Below are positions 14,543 through 27,772 of a stretch of 64,000 nucleotides of DNA, in pieces; position 1 is the stretch's first letter, and the number at the start of each line of letters is the position of its first letter. The stretch comes from Raillietiella orientalis (taxonomy: Eukaryota). A program made the position numbers and the translations under genes. The notes below the pieces were generated by a model. It worked only from the letters and a program-made list of their open reading frames with translations, had not been told where the DNA came from and made no database searches. The stretch lies in contig JAYWIR010000035.1 of assembly GCA_036172245.1 (NCBI GenBank), forward strand, positions 1,364,001 through 1,428,000, read 5' to 3'.

Positions 14543-14605
14543 ACTCGAAGGCACGCAAACATGACCTGTAGTAACAAGGCAGGTCATGTTTGCGTGCCTT
14601 CGAGT
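14543..14605. repeat. Perfect 26-bp inverted repeat with 11-nt spacer
   Basis: actcgaaggcacgcaaacatgacctg (14543-14568) is the exact reverse complement of caggtcatgtttgcgtgccttcgagt (14580-14605). Confidence 0.95.
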
Positions 14606-15729
14606 CTCGTTTCGTGAGTTGGGTTTGCGTCTTCCAAAGTGTGTCGCACACTGGCCCTAATTCAGGGACTCTTTTCCATTGTTCAGGGAAGCTGGGCCCA
14701 CGGGAAACGTCCCTTCGCAGTGTCGAAACGCGCGGACTCATGCAGATTTCCGAACCCGCGAACCCGTTGCCCTCAAAGGGACCACTCGCGAATAGGTCCG
14801 AGGCGCCGTTCCAGGAACGTCCGGGGAAAGTTGCTCCTTTTTTTTCCCCTCTCTCTCTCCGGTCCCAGGGGATGGCGGAGCGTGGACGTGGTTCGAGTGA
14901 GAGGATCCAGGGGGATTCCTCTCGACGTGTGTGCCCGGGTGGTGTTCGTCTGGAACGTGTAGTGGCCCCGTCACCGAAAAAGGAATGCACGTTCGCAGAG
15001 CTGGCGCCGAGCAGTGCAAATAAAACGCGTCTTGGGGAAGGAAGGTAGGCTACAGACACCACCGCGCCTTGCGCGGTGCACCTCGGCGAAAGCACACGTG
15101 GATAAACTTTTTGAACCTTTTAACTTTTTTACTCGGTGGTAAACATTTTTCGTGATGCTCGTCGGTGATTCGCCGTGAGTCGGCGCTGCGCCGCCGAGCT
15201 CTCGCCGTGCAGACGTGTTCGTCACACGTACTCCTCCCGTGCTGGAGCAAAGATAAACACGTGCCGGGTTCCCTCCGCAACGGACACAACCCATTAAAGC
15301 CTGCGCGCCGGCATTCACTTGGAGGCTTTCGGCTCGGAGTCATTCGTGATCCATGTCGGAAGCTTGGAAATTCGAGATGAATAAAAAATAACAGGACGAA
15401 GATCGGAAAGGAAGAACTCAGCAGCCCTGGCCGAAGGTGCTGGGCGCCTGGCGACGCCCGGGAGAATGCCATCGAGAAAATTCGAAGCTTTGGTGCAGCC
15501 GATAAATCACTTGGAGCGTTCGGGAGTGAAAGCGGCTCCTCCACAACGACAGGATAGATGGAAAGGACGCGGTGATGATAGTGCAATCGGGAAGTCTGTA
15601 TTCGGGTCGTGTCCAAAAAGAAAAAACCTACTGCGTTGTACCGTACACGGCGGGCCTTCGCTGAATAGAAGCGAGGCGCGCGAGCCACGGGAGTTTCCCT
15701 AGCGGGAACGCCGTGTGGCGAGAATCAGC

Positions 15730-16130
15730 GCGGGAGGGAAGGGTGGGAGGGAGGACGGGAATTCGCGCGCCAGAAGATTTCTGAAGAGAGGCAGATGTCC
15801 GGCGGATGCGAGGAGATCCCTCCTGGCCTGGCAGGATCCGGCAGGATCCGGCGCACAAGTGTGATAATTAGATGAATGGGAAACGCGTACAGAGCCCAGC
15901 ACGCACGGGAGAGAGATACAGAGAGAGAAAAAGAGAGAGAGAAAATCGTTTACTCTCCCTGAACGGAGCCATCGCCGAGCTGTGATGTATTAAGTCATCC
16001 TGGAGAAAAATCCAGAGAGTAATGAATGTTTACGAATTGGGAAAGTTGGTTAATAAATAATCCGTTTGAATAATTTCACAGTAATATCAATGCGGATAAT
16101 AATTTATTGACAAGTTTCAATGTTTGAGTA
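15730..16130. promoter_or_regulatory. Candidate cis-regulatory element (G-quadruplex motif, GAGA tract, TAAT/TTTATT cluster)
   Basis: gggagggaagggtgggaggg at 15732-15751; (GA)n-rich tract ~15907-15942; AT-rich island with many TAAT/TTTATT/TGACA motifs at ~15980-16130 inside CpG-rich DNA. Function is inferred only. Confidence 0.3.
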
Positions 16131-18819
16131 ATCGAGAACTCACTTTAAATGTTGCTCATTTTCAGGAAGTGATTCATGATCCTAGCAATAATGATAATAA
16201 TAAATTCCTGTACAACGCCTTCCAGCTCGGCATTCAAAGAGCCATTAAGGAAGATGAAAAAGGTGGGTTATTCGTTTTTCCCGAAGAAAAATAGAAAGAG
16301 ATTCCCAAGAAAGAGAAATAAAATGCAGTTGCACAGAAAAGCATAAACAATTGCACGAAGATTCAAAATCGGAAAGCAGAGAAGGCGTGAGGAGATGAGC
16401 AGGCCGAGGAGGCGGAGGAGGAGGATGCAGGCGGAGGAAGTAGATCACCGGCGGGCCCGTGAAACTTCAGGAGAGGAATCAGGGTGCTGAGGGTCGAGTT
16501 CTCTTCCCCTTTTCCCCTTCCTCTAAAATGGAGCTTGGCGAAAGCGAGGATTCATGCCAGAATCCAACCTGGAGGCAACGCGCAGGTTTGATCGTGGATC
16601 CTCAACAGCTGGGATGGGGGGCACTCGATGCAACCCTCCCCCCCTTCCCCTACTCGGAGATGGCAACCGTCCAGAATGGAAGTCTCGGAGTCCGGTATGA
16701 GGAAACGGAAGAGTTTCCGAACAGTTTCCCCCTGATGAGGAAACCGTTCCCAAAGAGGCTGGGCACGTGTGTAGCACTGCCAGTAACTGCCACACGGAGG
16801 CTGGAAGCCCGTGAAGGAGAGACGTTTTGTCGGTCGGTCCAGGAATTGACTGGTCTTTGACTGAGTCTCTTTCCATCTTCTTATGTGGCAGTGACTGATT
16901 TTTTGACTTGGCTCCGCACTTCCAAGAGTGTTCGTAAAAAAAAAAAAAAAATCCATCCTTTCGATGACTCTACATGTGGACCTTCTTGTCCACATCCTAG
17001 GGATCCGGAGTCGAGTTTATTGATGCTGCTGCTGATCCTCCTCCTATTCGGCGGGCACTGCTGCCGAACGCAAGCAAGCTAACTCTGTTCTGCTTCCAAG
17101 CCGGCGACTGCCTCGACGTGCTTCGGACTCTGTCGCGAAACGCTTTAGCGGACCAGCAGAAGGTCAGGGAAGAGAGTGAAAGACGCCGCGGATAAAGTAC
17201 TCTCCAGAAGCTCGATAGTGGGGACGACCCACGAGGTATTTTCGGAATGGATGGCGCCAGGGTCGTGCCTGTTTCCGATCAGGAGGCGTCCGTAGATAGA
17301 AGTCCGATGCATCCATAGATGAAGAGGGGTGGTTACCTGCTACACAGATGTTTTGGTTCCCGTTCCGCCTCTCCAAGGTTTCCTTTCCACGCTTGGACAA
17401 AAAAAATGCGCCCAATCCGCGCAAACATTTGCATGCTGATCGCTGACCAGCATGCAAATGTCTCTTGAGACAGTTCCATTGCTTCTCTCTACATGGTTTT
17501 CCAGTTATCCTTGCTCGGGAAAATTTCTTATTTCCTCAAGTAACCAATTCCTTCCCCCCCCCCCCCTCTCCTTCCTAGGTTACGTCGGATCCCTTTTTGG
17601 GAACTCTTAGTTTCTGCTCCTTAGCTGAAGACTCCCCCGTGGAAAAGATTCTCGTCTTGGACGAAAGCCGGCTTCCTCGGTCTCCGTGAGGAAATCGTCT
17701 CGTTTGCACCGCGAAGGTCGCAGCGAAACGCGTCCATGTCCGGCCCTCCCTCTCCTCCACTCCTTGCCCCTGCACGCAGGCCAACACGCACCCCCGAAGA
17801 GTTCCGAGTCCCCAGGTTGCGTTTGGCTACAATGATGATGGGATCAGCAGCGGTGTATCAGCAGCGGTGTTGCCTCCTCTGTGAACGTTCCACGCTCCTT
17901 TCCAGAGTTTCGCTCGTTTTTCGGTGGCCTCGTTCACGGACGCGCGCTGCACCCGTGTGAGGCGCCACGCGTCCGGGAACCCCACACGAGCAAGAAATCC
18001 TTTAGCGCGCACAGCACGCACCCCCGGTTGCCGATCCAGGGAGATGCTGAAGCAGAGAGCCTGGCATGCGTCAAGCCGTTCCGACTCTGCATCCCGGATC
18101 GCGGTCTCTAGACTCTCGGTTGCCTGGCAGCCTCCCCCCAACAGTGCCACCGAGTGATACGAGACTGCTGCGTCTCAGAGAATGGTTACCAAAACGCGCT
18201 GGGGAGCGGCTCTCGTCGTTCCTGATGTACGCTGAAAGTTGCTGCACTCTTATGCTTCTTCGGCTTTCTCGATGAAGGTCTCTGGGGTAAAGAAAAAGGC
18301 AGCCTCTCCTAGAATAGCTGGACGCGATGGCCACGGTCCCGCCGATGCATCGAGCGGGACCGCGTGTGCTATGGAAAAAGATAAAATCGAACTGGGGTCC
18401 GGGAGGCATGACGTCATCAGCTACAAGCTTGCATTAGCCGGCCTGGTTCACTATTCGATAGTAGGCGGAGAGTAGATGAGGTTCGTAAATGAAGATGACC
18501 CCAGGATGAAGGGCTCTTTCTGACGATTCAAGAGAGAGTTGGTGGAGGACTTGGAACATCACCATACACAACGTTTCCGCAGAACGTTTTCAAGTGGCGC
18601 GTGCAATCATCGAGAAAGAAGAGGTGGCGCGTAGAGTCTGGATCAACCAGCTGCTACCAGTCTAGAGCTTTCTACCTTCGTTTTCCTCTAAAGGAGAGTT
18701 TAAATATGACCTTGAAAGACGGAAGAACAGGTTCTCTCTTCTGCTGAGCTTCTGCGCAACAGGAACCTGCTGCAGAAGAGGCAAGTTGGGACTCCTTAAC
18801 TCCCGAGAATCATTATGAA

Positions 18820-19200
18820 ACAGCGTTCCTTAGACCCCTCAGTAAGAAAAGACTCTCGAAGGCCATCTCTTGGTTTTGTAATGGAGCTGATCCCTCTCTC
18901 GGGTGGTCCTTTATAGCGTCTCATGGAGTGAGTTTCTCCTCTGGGGATTCCTCTCCAGTGTGTTGGAAGCGTGCTCCCTTCGGGGAATTCCTTTAGTGAT
19001 AATCGGGTTTCCTCTGAAGAAGAAATCAAGGGTGATTCCCTTCCGGATTACCCCTTCAGAGAAGGAAGAGAGCTTCCTATCGGATTTACCTGTAAGGATA
19101 CCAGGGAAAGGGTCTCTCTCCCAAGAGCGAAAGGAACGTACTCTATCCTTGGAGCCTCCCTGGATTAATTAAGGTGGTCCCTTCGGGGTTTCACCCTGGT
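18820..19200 (-). repeat. Degenerate ~40-45-bp minisatellite block (reverse orientation of the 28.1-kb block)
   Basis: Reverse complements of its units (ccttctctgaaggggtaatccggaagggaatc; cactaaaggaattccccgaagggagc; ccagggtgaaaccccgaagggacc) resemble the units at 28095-28570. Confidence 0.6.
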
Positions 19201-20732
19201 TGTGTTGCCCCCGCCCTCTGGTTAGAGCGACAGCGTTTGAAGAGCCTTGTGAGTCCCACGTGGAGGCATCGTCAAGCGTCTCCGATGCCGCGAAGGAGGC
19301 GCACGGTTCTTGAGTACCTAGCAAACCGAAAAAAAGACCATCCCTTTTGGCACTGATCCCATTGGATGTAACAGATTGTTGCTATCCAGAGAAATCCATC
19401 ACATAAGAAATGTACCACTGCAACAGCTCTCCTAATTGCCATGCCCCATTTGTCTAGAGAAACCGTTCGTCATTCTTCTTCACTTTCAAAGATCGGGAGT
19501 CATCTCTGAAGGGGATATGGTCACCCGTTGATGACCATATTAGAAAAATATGAAAAATGGCACGTGTCCATCCGTCAAATAGAGAGGCAAACGCCTGGTG
19601 CTCGTTCGACGGTATGTCCCTGCTTGAATGTACTTGATGGATGGCACTGAGACACCCGCCAGCTAAGCACCAAGTGGGCATCTGTTTTGGACTTCCTGTT
19701 ACACAGGGTCCTTACGTTCTTGGATCTGCGCGCCGCAAGCAGGAAAAGAACATTGGCTTCACCTACGGGCGCAAGTCCGAAAGGCTCCTTGTCTGGAGAA
19801 GTGACCTAGCAAGTACGGACGGAAAGGTGGGGTTATCGCAGCCTTTGGACTTGGGGGCGTCGAGCGTTCGCCTGCATGAAGGCGCAGCGGACGTTTCACG
19901 AAGAAAAGTTTGAGTTACTATAGGATGCTGGATGTCGTGGGAAATACACGTGCAGTATCGAGCCAATTCTTGTCCATTGTCTTGTGCATCCGATTTTCCG
20001 ATTCGTCTGAGAGACCCAGACCAATCTTCTTCCTATGAGAGGAGCTCCAGAGGAAAGGATGAAGATCGCTCCTAAAAACAGTAAAGGGCATGGGATGCGC
20101 GACGTTGCTGCATGTAATCGAATCAATGCTGTGGCCACTCGTCTCTGTACCAAGAGAAACGATACCTCCGTCGAGCGAATCCAGATGGCAACTGGCTAGA
20201 GAGCTGTGGAATTCGGTCTCCAGACAATCATCCTGTTCCTTGCGTATGGACTTCCCCTTTTTCCCAAACCCGGTCCTTGAGAAGCACAGTTGGATGGTCA
20301 TCCTAAACGCTTGCTTCAACTTTCAAAACAAGAAAGGAGAGTTTATAACGAACCAAATATCGCGACATTGCTCTTCTGGTCTGGGAAAGAAGAATGCTTT
20401 GATTGCATCGATCTTTTGTCCAAGCGGAAAGCCCAGAGCCAAAAATAGCTTCCTCTTGGGCAGTAGCCCGTTCTTCTGTTGGCTAGACCCATGATCAAGA
20501 GAGTCGTCATCGAGGAAGAGCGTCTGGGGCGACATCTCCTGAAGGGCAACAGTCTTCTATATCCAAATGGGATCGACACCAAAAGCGGAGTAGTCCAGGA
20601 GTTCTGCTGCTGCATGGAAAGTTCCTTTGCATCTTCCTTGGGTACAGTTATCTGCAAGAACTCAGTGGTCAGCTCATCGGGATTTGGGGAGCTCAGTTCT
20701 CACGGGAATCGATGATCCTTATTCCATGTGCT

Positions 20733-20958
20733 AATAACATAGGGCGCCCTATGGTAGCATCCAGCATTTATCAAAGAAGAGATGCACACTGAACCAGCCA
20801 CTCATTGGAAATTTCCGAAGAGGGTCCTTTACCTTCCCATCACGAACCTGTCCGAGGAAATGCTAGAGATGCCGAAGAGGACGTATCGTCTCTGCAGGCT
20901 CAGCATGCAAGCAGTCTCCACTCCACCATCCACATCGCTACCGACTGAGGTGGCAACC
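20733..20958 (+). repeat. Left arm of ~225-bp inverted repeat
   Basis: High-identity reverse complement of 22789-23035; both arms yield the same ORF-track peptide MQAVSTPPSTSLPTEVAT on opposite strands. Contains the 16-bp palindrome catagggcgccctatg (20738-20753). Confidence 0.95.
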
Positions 20959-23026
20959 ATGACACTTGTTGGAGACTGGGGAGAGTGGGAAGATCCTGAT
21001 TCTCTCGATGCAGTTCAACAAAATGTGAAAAGTGTTTATGCAGGTTCGTTGGCAGCCATGTTTAGCATAAGGGTTCTATGTGGACTCTAAGATCCGGATC
21101 ATGTCTTAAAAGGAACACACATTCAGCAGATGGTGAAAGATCCGAAGTTCAGAGTTGGAATGCTCGCCCTGGGAGCTGTCAGAAAGCTATGGTTCAAGGT
21201 CGAGCAAATGGCCGTCGATGGGATTGGGAGGATGGTTCGGTCCCCTTTCGCGAAATGAACGCCTTGGAAGAGTTGTGGGCAAGAGGCGGTGTGATGAATT
21301 TCTGGATTCCTGCAGTGATGCTCTTCGGGACTGGGAGCTGGACGAGCGAAATCGGCTTTCGGAGAGACGGTGGAGCTGAAGAAAGTCGAAGGAACAGATA
21401 GATGAACGAATGGTGAGCAACGAATGGATCAGGCTAAATGTCGAGGCCCAACGGTTTTCTTAGGGGACGAATTCTACAGTGAGCTCCATGATTTGTATTA
21501 AGTCGGATCGTTTGAAACGATGATAACCATTCATTTACAGGAAGAGAGAGAAGTCAGATTTGCACTCACTTTATTGGACGAGTTTTGGGAAAAGAAAAGA
21601 AAAAAAGTCTGGAGTTAGCACCAAGCTTCAGGAGCATCTTTCCACGAGTAACTTCAGAAGCTGTTTACATAGTACTTTGATTCAGTAGTGAAGGCGGTGA
21701 GATGTTTAGACGATCATTCAATCAGCAGTTGGCTTCAGCGACTCAGGGCAAGAGCGTAGCTGTACAAAATACCATGGTTTCATCGGTGAGAATATGTTCT
21801 ACAAGATTTCGGGCTCTCGTGGGAATTTGCCCTTACTTTGGATGATGTCTGTACATTTCGACGATGTTCCAGAATGTACTTATTCCCCAAAATGACGAAT
21901 TCCATGTCCTGTTCCATCTAACGAAGGATTCCTCATGCGTCTGATCCTTCCACGGCAAATTGCTACTTTGCCGAAGCAAAAGCCGCGACCTCCATCATCA
22001 GTTTCTTCTCTTCTTTCCTGTGTTTCGAAGATTGGTGTCTTCGATTTCTTGCGATCAAGTCATACATGCAAAAGTGGATGCACTGAAAGGTAGTATTAAG
22101 AATGGTGTTTTCCTATTTGGAAAATCGCGTGTATCCAGAATGCGTGCAGCAGGCGTGATTTTCTTGTAATCAGCCAATTCTTAACAATATTTCATTAGCG
22201 GCAATCTTTCCGTTTTTACTGACCTGAAACTGCGACCATGAATGCGTCAATTAATCAAATTAGAGCTGTTGGTTTTATTTGGGCTAATTCGCTTAGAATT
22301 GTTGACTTCATTTCTGTTCTGTCGTCAAAGAAGGTTGACCCTTTTTCGTTATAAATTAATACCAGTGACCTCAGAAGATCACCTAGACGAAAAGGAGGAT
22401 AGCATATAGAATAGGGAGTAAAGGGGCAACTTGGAGCCGCAAATCGGTCGACGCAAATCGTCGAGGTAAAAACATCGTTGCAACATCCTATCACGTGTTG
22501 TTATATTTACTTCTTTTTTTTTAGATACTTACTAGATTAGGGCGAATTTATTCATTGTGATCTTGAGAATGACTGTTTGTGCAGACAGGAGGGCACGGTA
22601 ACAAAGAAGAAGAAACAGAATCATCGTGCTATGCCACGAATTTGTGTAATATGTTCTTCTGGACAAGGCACCATCAGCCAGTCACAAAATCGTGACTTTT
22701 CTAGCAGCAAAACCTCTGAGTGTCTGACATCCTTTGAGATGAAGAAATCAGAGCCCTTTTCTATCACATGGAAAGTTAGATAAAGATAGGTTGCCACCTC
22801 AGTCGGCAGCGATGTGGATGGTGGAGTGGAGACTGCTTGCATGCTTAGCCTGCAGAGACGATAGAGGCATTTCTAGAGGCATAGAGGCTCTTCGGCATTT
22901 CTAGCATTTCCTCGGATAGGTTCGTGATGGGAAGGTAAAGGACCCCCTTTGGGAATTTCCAATGAGTGGCTGGTTCAGTGTGCATCTCTTCTTTGCTGAA
23001 TGCTGGAGGCTGCCATAGGGCGCCCC
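20741..23026. mobile_element. Decayed TIR DNA transposon, PIF/Harbinger-ISL2EU-like
   Basis: Long inverted arms with RGG...CCY termini flanked by AT on both sides (20739-20740 and 23027-23028), plus an internal frameshifted DDE_Tnp_4-like remnant. Family assignment is by eye from motifs. Confidence 0.5.
21770..22070 (-). pseudogene. Frameshifted DDE_Tnp_4 (Harbinger/ISL2EU/IS5-like) transposase remnant
   Basis: Minus-strand motifs in the expected order across frames: TGKKRR/LMMEV (cf. YSGKK..LK.EV), PWKDQTHE (cf. P..G..HD), EFVILGNKY (cf. LGDKGY), RARNLVEH/IFSPMKPW (cf. R..VE..F..LK.W). Confidence 0.45.
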
Positions 23027-23035
23027 ATGCTTATT
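22789..23035 (-). repeat. Right arm of inverted repeat (carries a small internal duplication ~22861-22900)
   Basis: Reverse complement of 20733-20958, with extra tagaggcatttctagaggcat sequence. Confidence 0.95.
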
Positions 23036-23114
23036 CTTCATCTTCATTGCCGAGCTTGTCGGCTTGAAGAAACCCTCTTCCCAAAAAAGGACAGCATACA
23101 TTGATAAGGCTGTC

Positions 23115-23650
23115 CAGGGAAACGTATTACCAGGGCACAACGCTGTCCTGTGCAGCGTTTCTGTACTACACCCCCCGACAACGGACCTACGGATGATGTA
23201 TGCGTTTACCGTGTTATGAGCTGGGATTTCATTATCATGCTTGCAAATCTAACAGTGCAAGCGAATAGCCTGCTTAAATCCCAATGGAATAGAGAAAGCC
23301 TGGTCTGTAAGCCTTGTAAACTTCCAGTATGGATTCAGAAAGGTATGTACATATCATCACGGAGAGCATAGCCAAACCATGAATTCAAAAGGAAGACGGA
23401 ATGAAGCAAACGAAGGAGGAAATCTAAAGCAAACCTTGGCGAATAACATAATGAGATCAGATTCAAGAACAAGGCGCCTGTTTTGACTGTTGGATACCAA
23501 AGAAGCTGAGAATCAGAGCTGGAAAGATGCATCGCCAAATGCAGCAGTCGAGAAGAGAAACCAAAGAATCTACGGCAGCGACATCAAGAATGACTGATTT
23601 AGGAGAACCTTGAAGGAACACCAAGATAATGGTGCAACCATGTGCTGCCC
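23115..23650 (+). mobile_element. Degenerate non-LTR retrotransposon reverse-transcriptase fragment
   Basis: QGTTLSCAAFLYYT at 23131 (cf. PQGSxLSPxLFxxY), then tac-g-gat-gat-gta-tgc-gtt-tac at 23188 (Y[frameshift]DDVCVY, cf. YADD), then W...LVCKPCK (cf. W...L..NP.K). Frameshifted, with stops. Confidence 0.45.
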
Positions 23651-26600
23651 AATAAAGAAGTTATCCTATTGGGTTAGGGTAAAGACAAGAATCCTAGAAG
23701 GAAAAGTAGCTCCGTTTCCAAATAGATACTTGAGAGGAGAAATAATTGTTGTTCTGGAACTGCTTCAAGCATAAAAGGAGCTAACTGAGGCGGCTTGGTC
23801 CCAAGAAGCAAGGAATCAATTCACTTTTATCCAGAGATGTTACCACATGTGTCACTGTTGATGGCATTTTTGACAATTTTGGCTTGTGTTTTGGTACACA
23901 GCACGTCTCCGAAGCTCATCTCTCCTTCTCAGGAACATGCTGAAGTCTTCGATACATTAGGCGTTTCCAGGGTAACCTGCTTTTGAAATTATCAGGATTT
24001 CCCAACATAGAAATCGTATGAAAAAGATCAAAGAGAGTGTGAGTGTTCGCCTCAAGACAAGCAGTTCGTGGCATAAATACCTCCGAAACGTTTTCAGCCT
24101 GCTAAAAAGTCACGAATAACATCCGATGATTTCGTTCACTAGTCATACAGTAAGTAGTGATTGAATGTTCAAGGCTCTAGAAATTGAGGAATACATGTGC
24201 ACAGAGGACACACAAAAAATCAAAGTTCTGTATCGGCCTCGAAGACTAGTCTTCCGTGGTCATTAGATTTCTAAAAGGAAGGCTTCCCCTAGCTATAAGA
24301 GACTTTTTAGAATCAAGTTCCAATTTTTTTTAAAAAAAAAAAAAAAGAAAAGGAGTTTCGGGTTTTAAAATGAAAAACCTCAAGAGAGTTTTTCACGATT
24401 ATCAAGCGCCTCGAGCCCTTTTGCTTGAATATTCATTTACAAGCTGTAGAACGTTTACAGTAGGATTTTAGTACTGTCCACTCTGAGATGAAAAGGAAAA
24501 GATGTGGTTCTACGAGATCAAATTCGACAGCGAGACCAAAATAGCAACGATCCCTTGGTGAAAAGAAAGCACATGTATAACATCCCAAAACATTGAACAT
24601 AAAGGAAATGACTTGATACATCACGGAGGATCTTTATCAGTTGGTCTGAACGAATCGGTCCAACAGAGTATAAACCGTTTCCTAGTTACAAAGGAAAAAG
24701 AAAAAAAAGATACTTCTCGAGCACTGGAATTAGAAAAATCAAGAACTAAAAGATATTTCAGAAACAAAGACAGTCGCGTGTGAGATTATCGTGGGAAAAT
24801 CTTGCAAGAATCATTCCCCATAAAATCGAGGAAAACGCTCTTCCACTCGAGGTGGCTGGAACTTAGAGTGCGCTGATACAGAACGGAGGAACGAATCCTC
24901 CGTAATAGTATTCAGTAGAATACTGAGCTCTCGGAACTTGAACTCTTGAGCTTCTTGGGCATGTTGCCTATTCACGAAAGGACGAAAATTTCGTCTCAAG
25001 GAAGAATCATCTGAAGGAAAAATGAAATTATAAGAAGAGCTTATAAAAAGAAGTGTGGGTCATTCAGTGAAAATCGGAATAGAATGAAGCGAACATCCCG
25101 AAATTGCGAAGGCCATGCACCAAGCTCGCTGACATGACTGAAGGCTCCTGCTGTTTAGCCATATCCGAAGATTTGTAATAGAAAGAGGAAGCTGAGGAAG
25201 GAATGGAAACTAGTTGGAAACTTCTGCCCCAATTCTTCACCCTTCATTTCTAATAATCCAGTGCTAAAACGAGATCTGGTTAAAATTTACCTGTTGGGAA
25301 AAGCGGAATTGACGTATCCTATTCTCTCCTTGCTGCAGAAAAATTTCTTCGTCTCGAAGAAAGAAAGAGTCAGCTTGGGAGGGTGCGAGCTTCTTGCTGA
25401 ATAGCAGCCAACACGCACCCCATTCTAGATTCACTATTCTAATCTGAATGTTTTGCAGCAGTTTCCAAATGATATGGCTCTTCCATAAGCAAACATGGAA
25501 GACTTTAAGGGAAATTATTGTTCTCAGCTCCCTCATATCTGAGACGGCGTCAATTACTGTGGAGGCGTCGATTTTCTATCTGAAAGAAGGGAAAACATGG
25601 TTGGTTAGAGAGAATTAAGCTCGAGGAACAACTCACGAACATCTGCAAAAGATTGCAGGTCTCTTCGACGAATTATCGCGACGCATCCTTTCTTGATCAA
25701 AGAACCCAGAATTCTTCTGCAAAGTTCACACATCCTCCCCACATCATCCCAATCGGTGGATATGAAAGTGGACATTTCGAGGAAAAAATACTTTTGTTAA
25801 GCATCCCTCGTAATCATTAGTACACTCACATTTGCAACAAATTGAAATGTTATTCGAAAATATCCATCCTTCAGAGTGCTGGAGGCGTTCATCTACATGA
25901 TCACAAGCTCAGCTTCTCTCGAACAGCGAGGCATGATCCAAATTGAATCATCCTCAGAGTTCATTTAAATCTGCACATAAATCTTGTGCGAAACTTTGCT
26001 GGAAACTCTGCACACTTGGGCACATGCTGGTAGAAATGTATTCGTTATATAAAGCGAATGCCATCATCCTGGTAGATTTCATTATTTCCTTCTTCTATTC
26101 CTCACAAGCTGGTTCAACTGGCAGCACCTGCAACCCACGGCTTTTCCCTGGGATAAAGAGCCACTTAGCCTGAGCTTTCCTAGTCGGCGCAAGTGGACGA
26201 AGTGCCGAATGTGGACTGTCCAAGATCTGGAACGTGCAGTCAGATGGAGTAGTCTGCATGTGCAGAATAGTTTTATGCAGTAAGAACACATACACACATT
26301 ATCTGCACCGAATCCTTCCCAGCCCACTGCGCGCTGCTGGCAGAATTGAATCCCGCAGGTGCGCAATCGCATCGAAAGCCTTTGAGGAAATACAAGGAAG
26401 ACTCGCCGCATCCCCTGTGATTATTCCCATCCTAACACCTATTCTAATTCGAAGGTACAGCAGCCAAATTGACACGAGTTGAAAGACTCGGAAGACCGGC
26501 TTTGAGGACCGGAAAACCGGGACTCAGTAACCGAATGAAGAAAGACTGATGAAGCCACATTCTGTGGATGTGGATGTTTGCCTTCCGCTCGATTCCAACC

Positions 26601-27772
26601 ACCGATATCCATTTCGAGCATCCTCGATTCCATGCGTGGATTCCACGAACCATCTCCGTGAATGCGTGTCGTCCCAACCGTCGCGCGCGTCTCGATTTGG
26701 TGTCTTTCGTGAAGTCTCTTCTTCCTTCACACGGCTGTCGGCACCAGATTCGATGTTGTCCTTCCCTCCCTCTTGACGTTTCCCAAGAAAATAAGAAACT
26801 TCAAGAAGACAAGTTGGCTGCCGAAATGGCAAAGAAGGCAGCGTGAGCTCAAGTAACTCCCGGTCGGACACGGTCGCACGATTTCCTTCAGGATTGGATG
26901 GCGCAAAGGAATCCGTTCTTGTTGGAAAATACGAAGTCCTTGGTGCCACCTTTGATTTCGCGACCGTGGAAATAGACTTGACCGAGGGCATGCACCATCT
27001 CTACGAATGCTGACTTCGCTTGTGGCGTTCCGCTGCATTCCAGAGAGTCTCCATGAACCATTCTTATCTGAAGACAAAGAACAGAAAGCTCACGTGCGAG
27101 CTGAGAAACAACCATCGGAAATTGTCGGAGGAGCAGTTGAAAATCCTGCTAGTCTCTCTTTTCGAAGCGTAGAAATGAGCCGCCTTGCTGCTGCTAGCCT
27201 ATCCCGCAAGATAAGCTTTTCACAAGTTCTTCCGTCGTCCTGGTAATCGACTAAAAAAAAAAAGAAAATCCCTCTCCCCCTTCCCCCCCAAGTGAAATGC
27301 TTTGTGAGTCAGGGAATGCTGGATCGGATCTTGCCGTGATAAACACACCTTTAGGTAGGAAAAATGGTTGGCTTTGCAGTGACTAGCCAACTAGGGGAAG
27401 ATGATGTGTTAATGAGCAGCAGACCAGAGAACAAACCAGAGACTCCACGTTTCTGTTAATAAAAAAAAACTCAACACTGATCCCTGACAAAGGATTATAA
27501 AGCTTTGTGTGGAAAATTCAATCTTGAAAATTCTCAAAAGAGGCTTTGGTAAACTTGGTCAGCTTGTCGCAACTCGGTCTGGACTTCCTTTTCTTAAGGA
27601 AGTGCCTCCCGTTCTCGAGGATAATCGTGCACCAAATAAAAGCTGATGACAGATTTTCTACAGACAATGTTAATTTGGTTACTACATCCCTCCAGGTAGA
27701 AAACTTCCCAGAATACCACCACAAACACTACTCCTACTTGATGAACACGCCCTACGCACTCCTGTTCACCAC

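Noticed and set aside
16733..16760. CTGATGA plus short stem, hammerhead-ribozyme-like (similar at ~35839)
   Set aside because: The required GAAA is CAAA/GAAC, and stems I and III with a cleavage triplet could not be formed.
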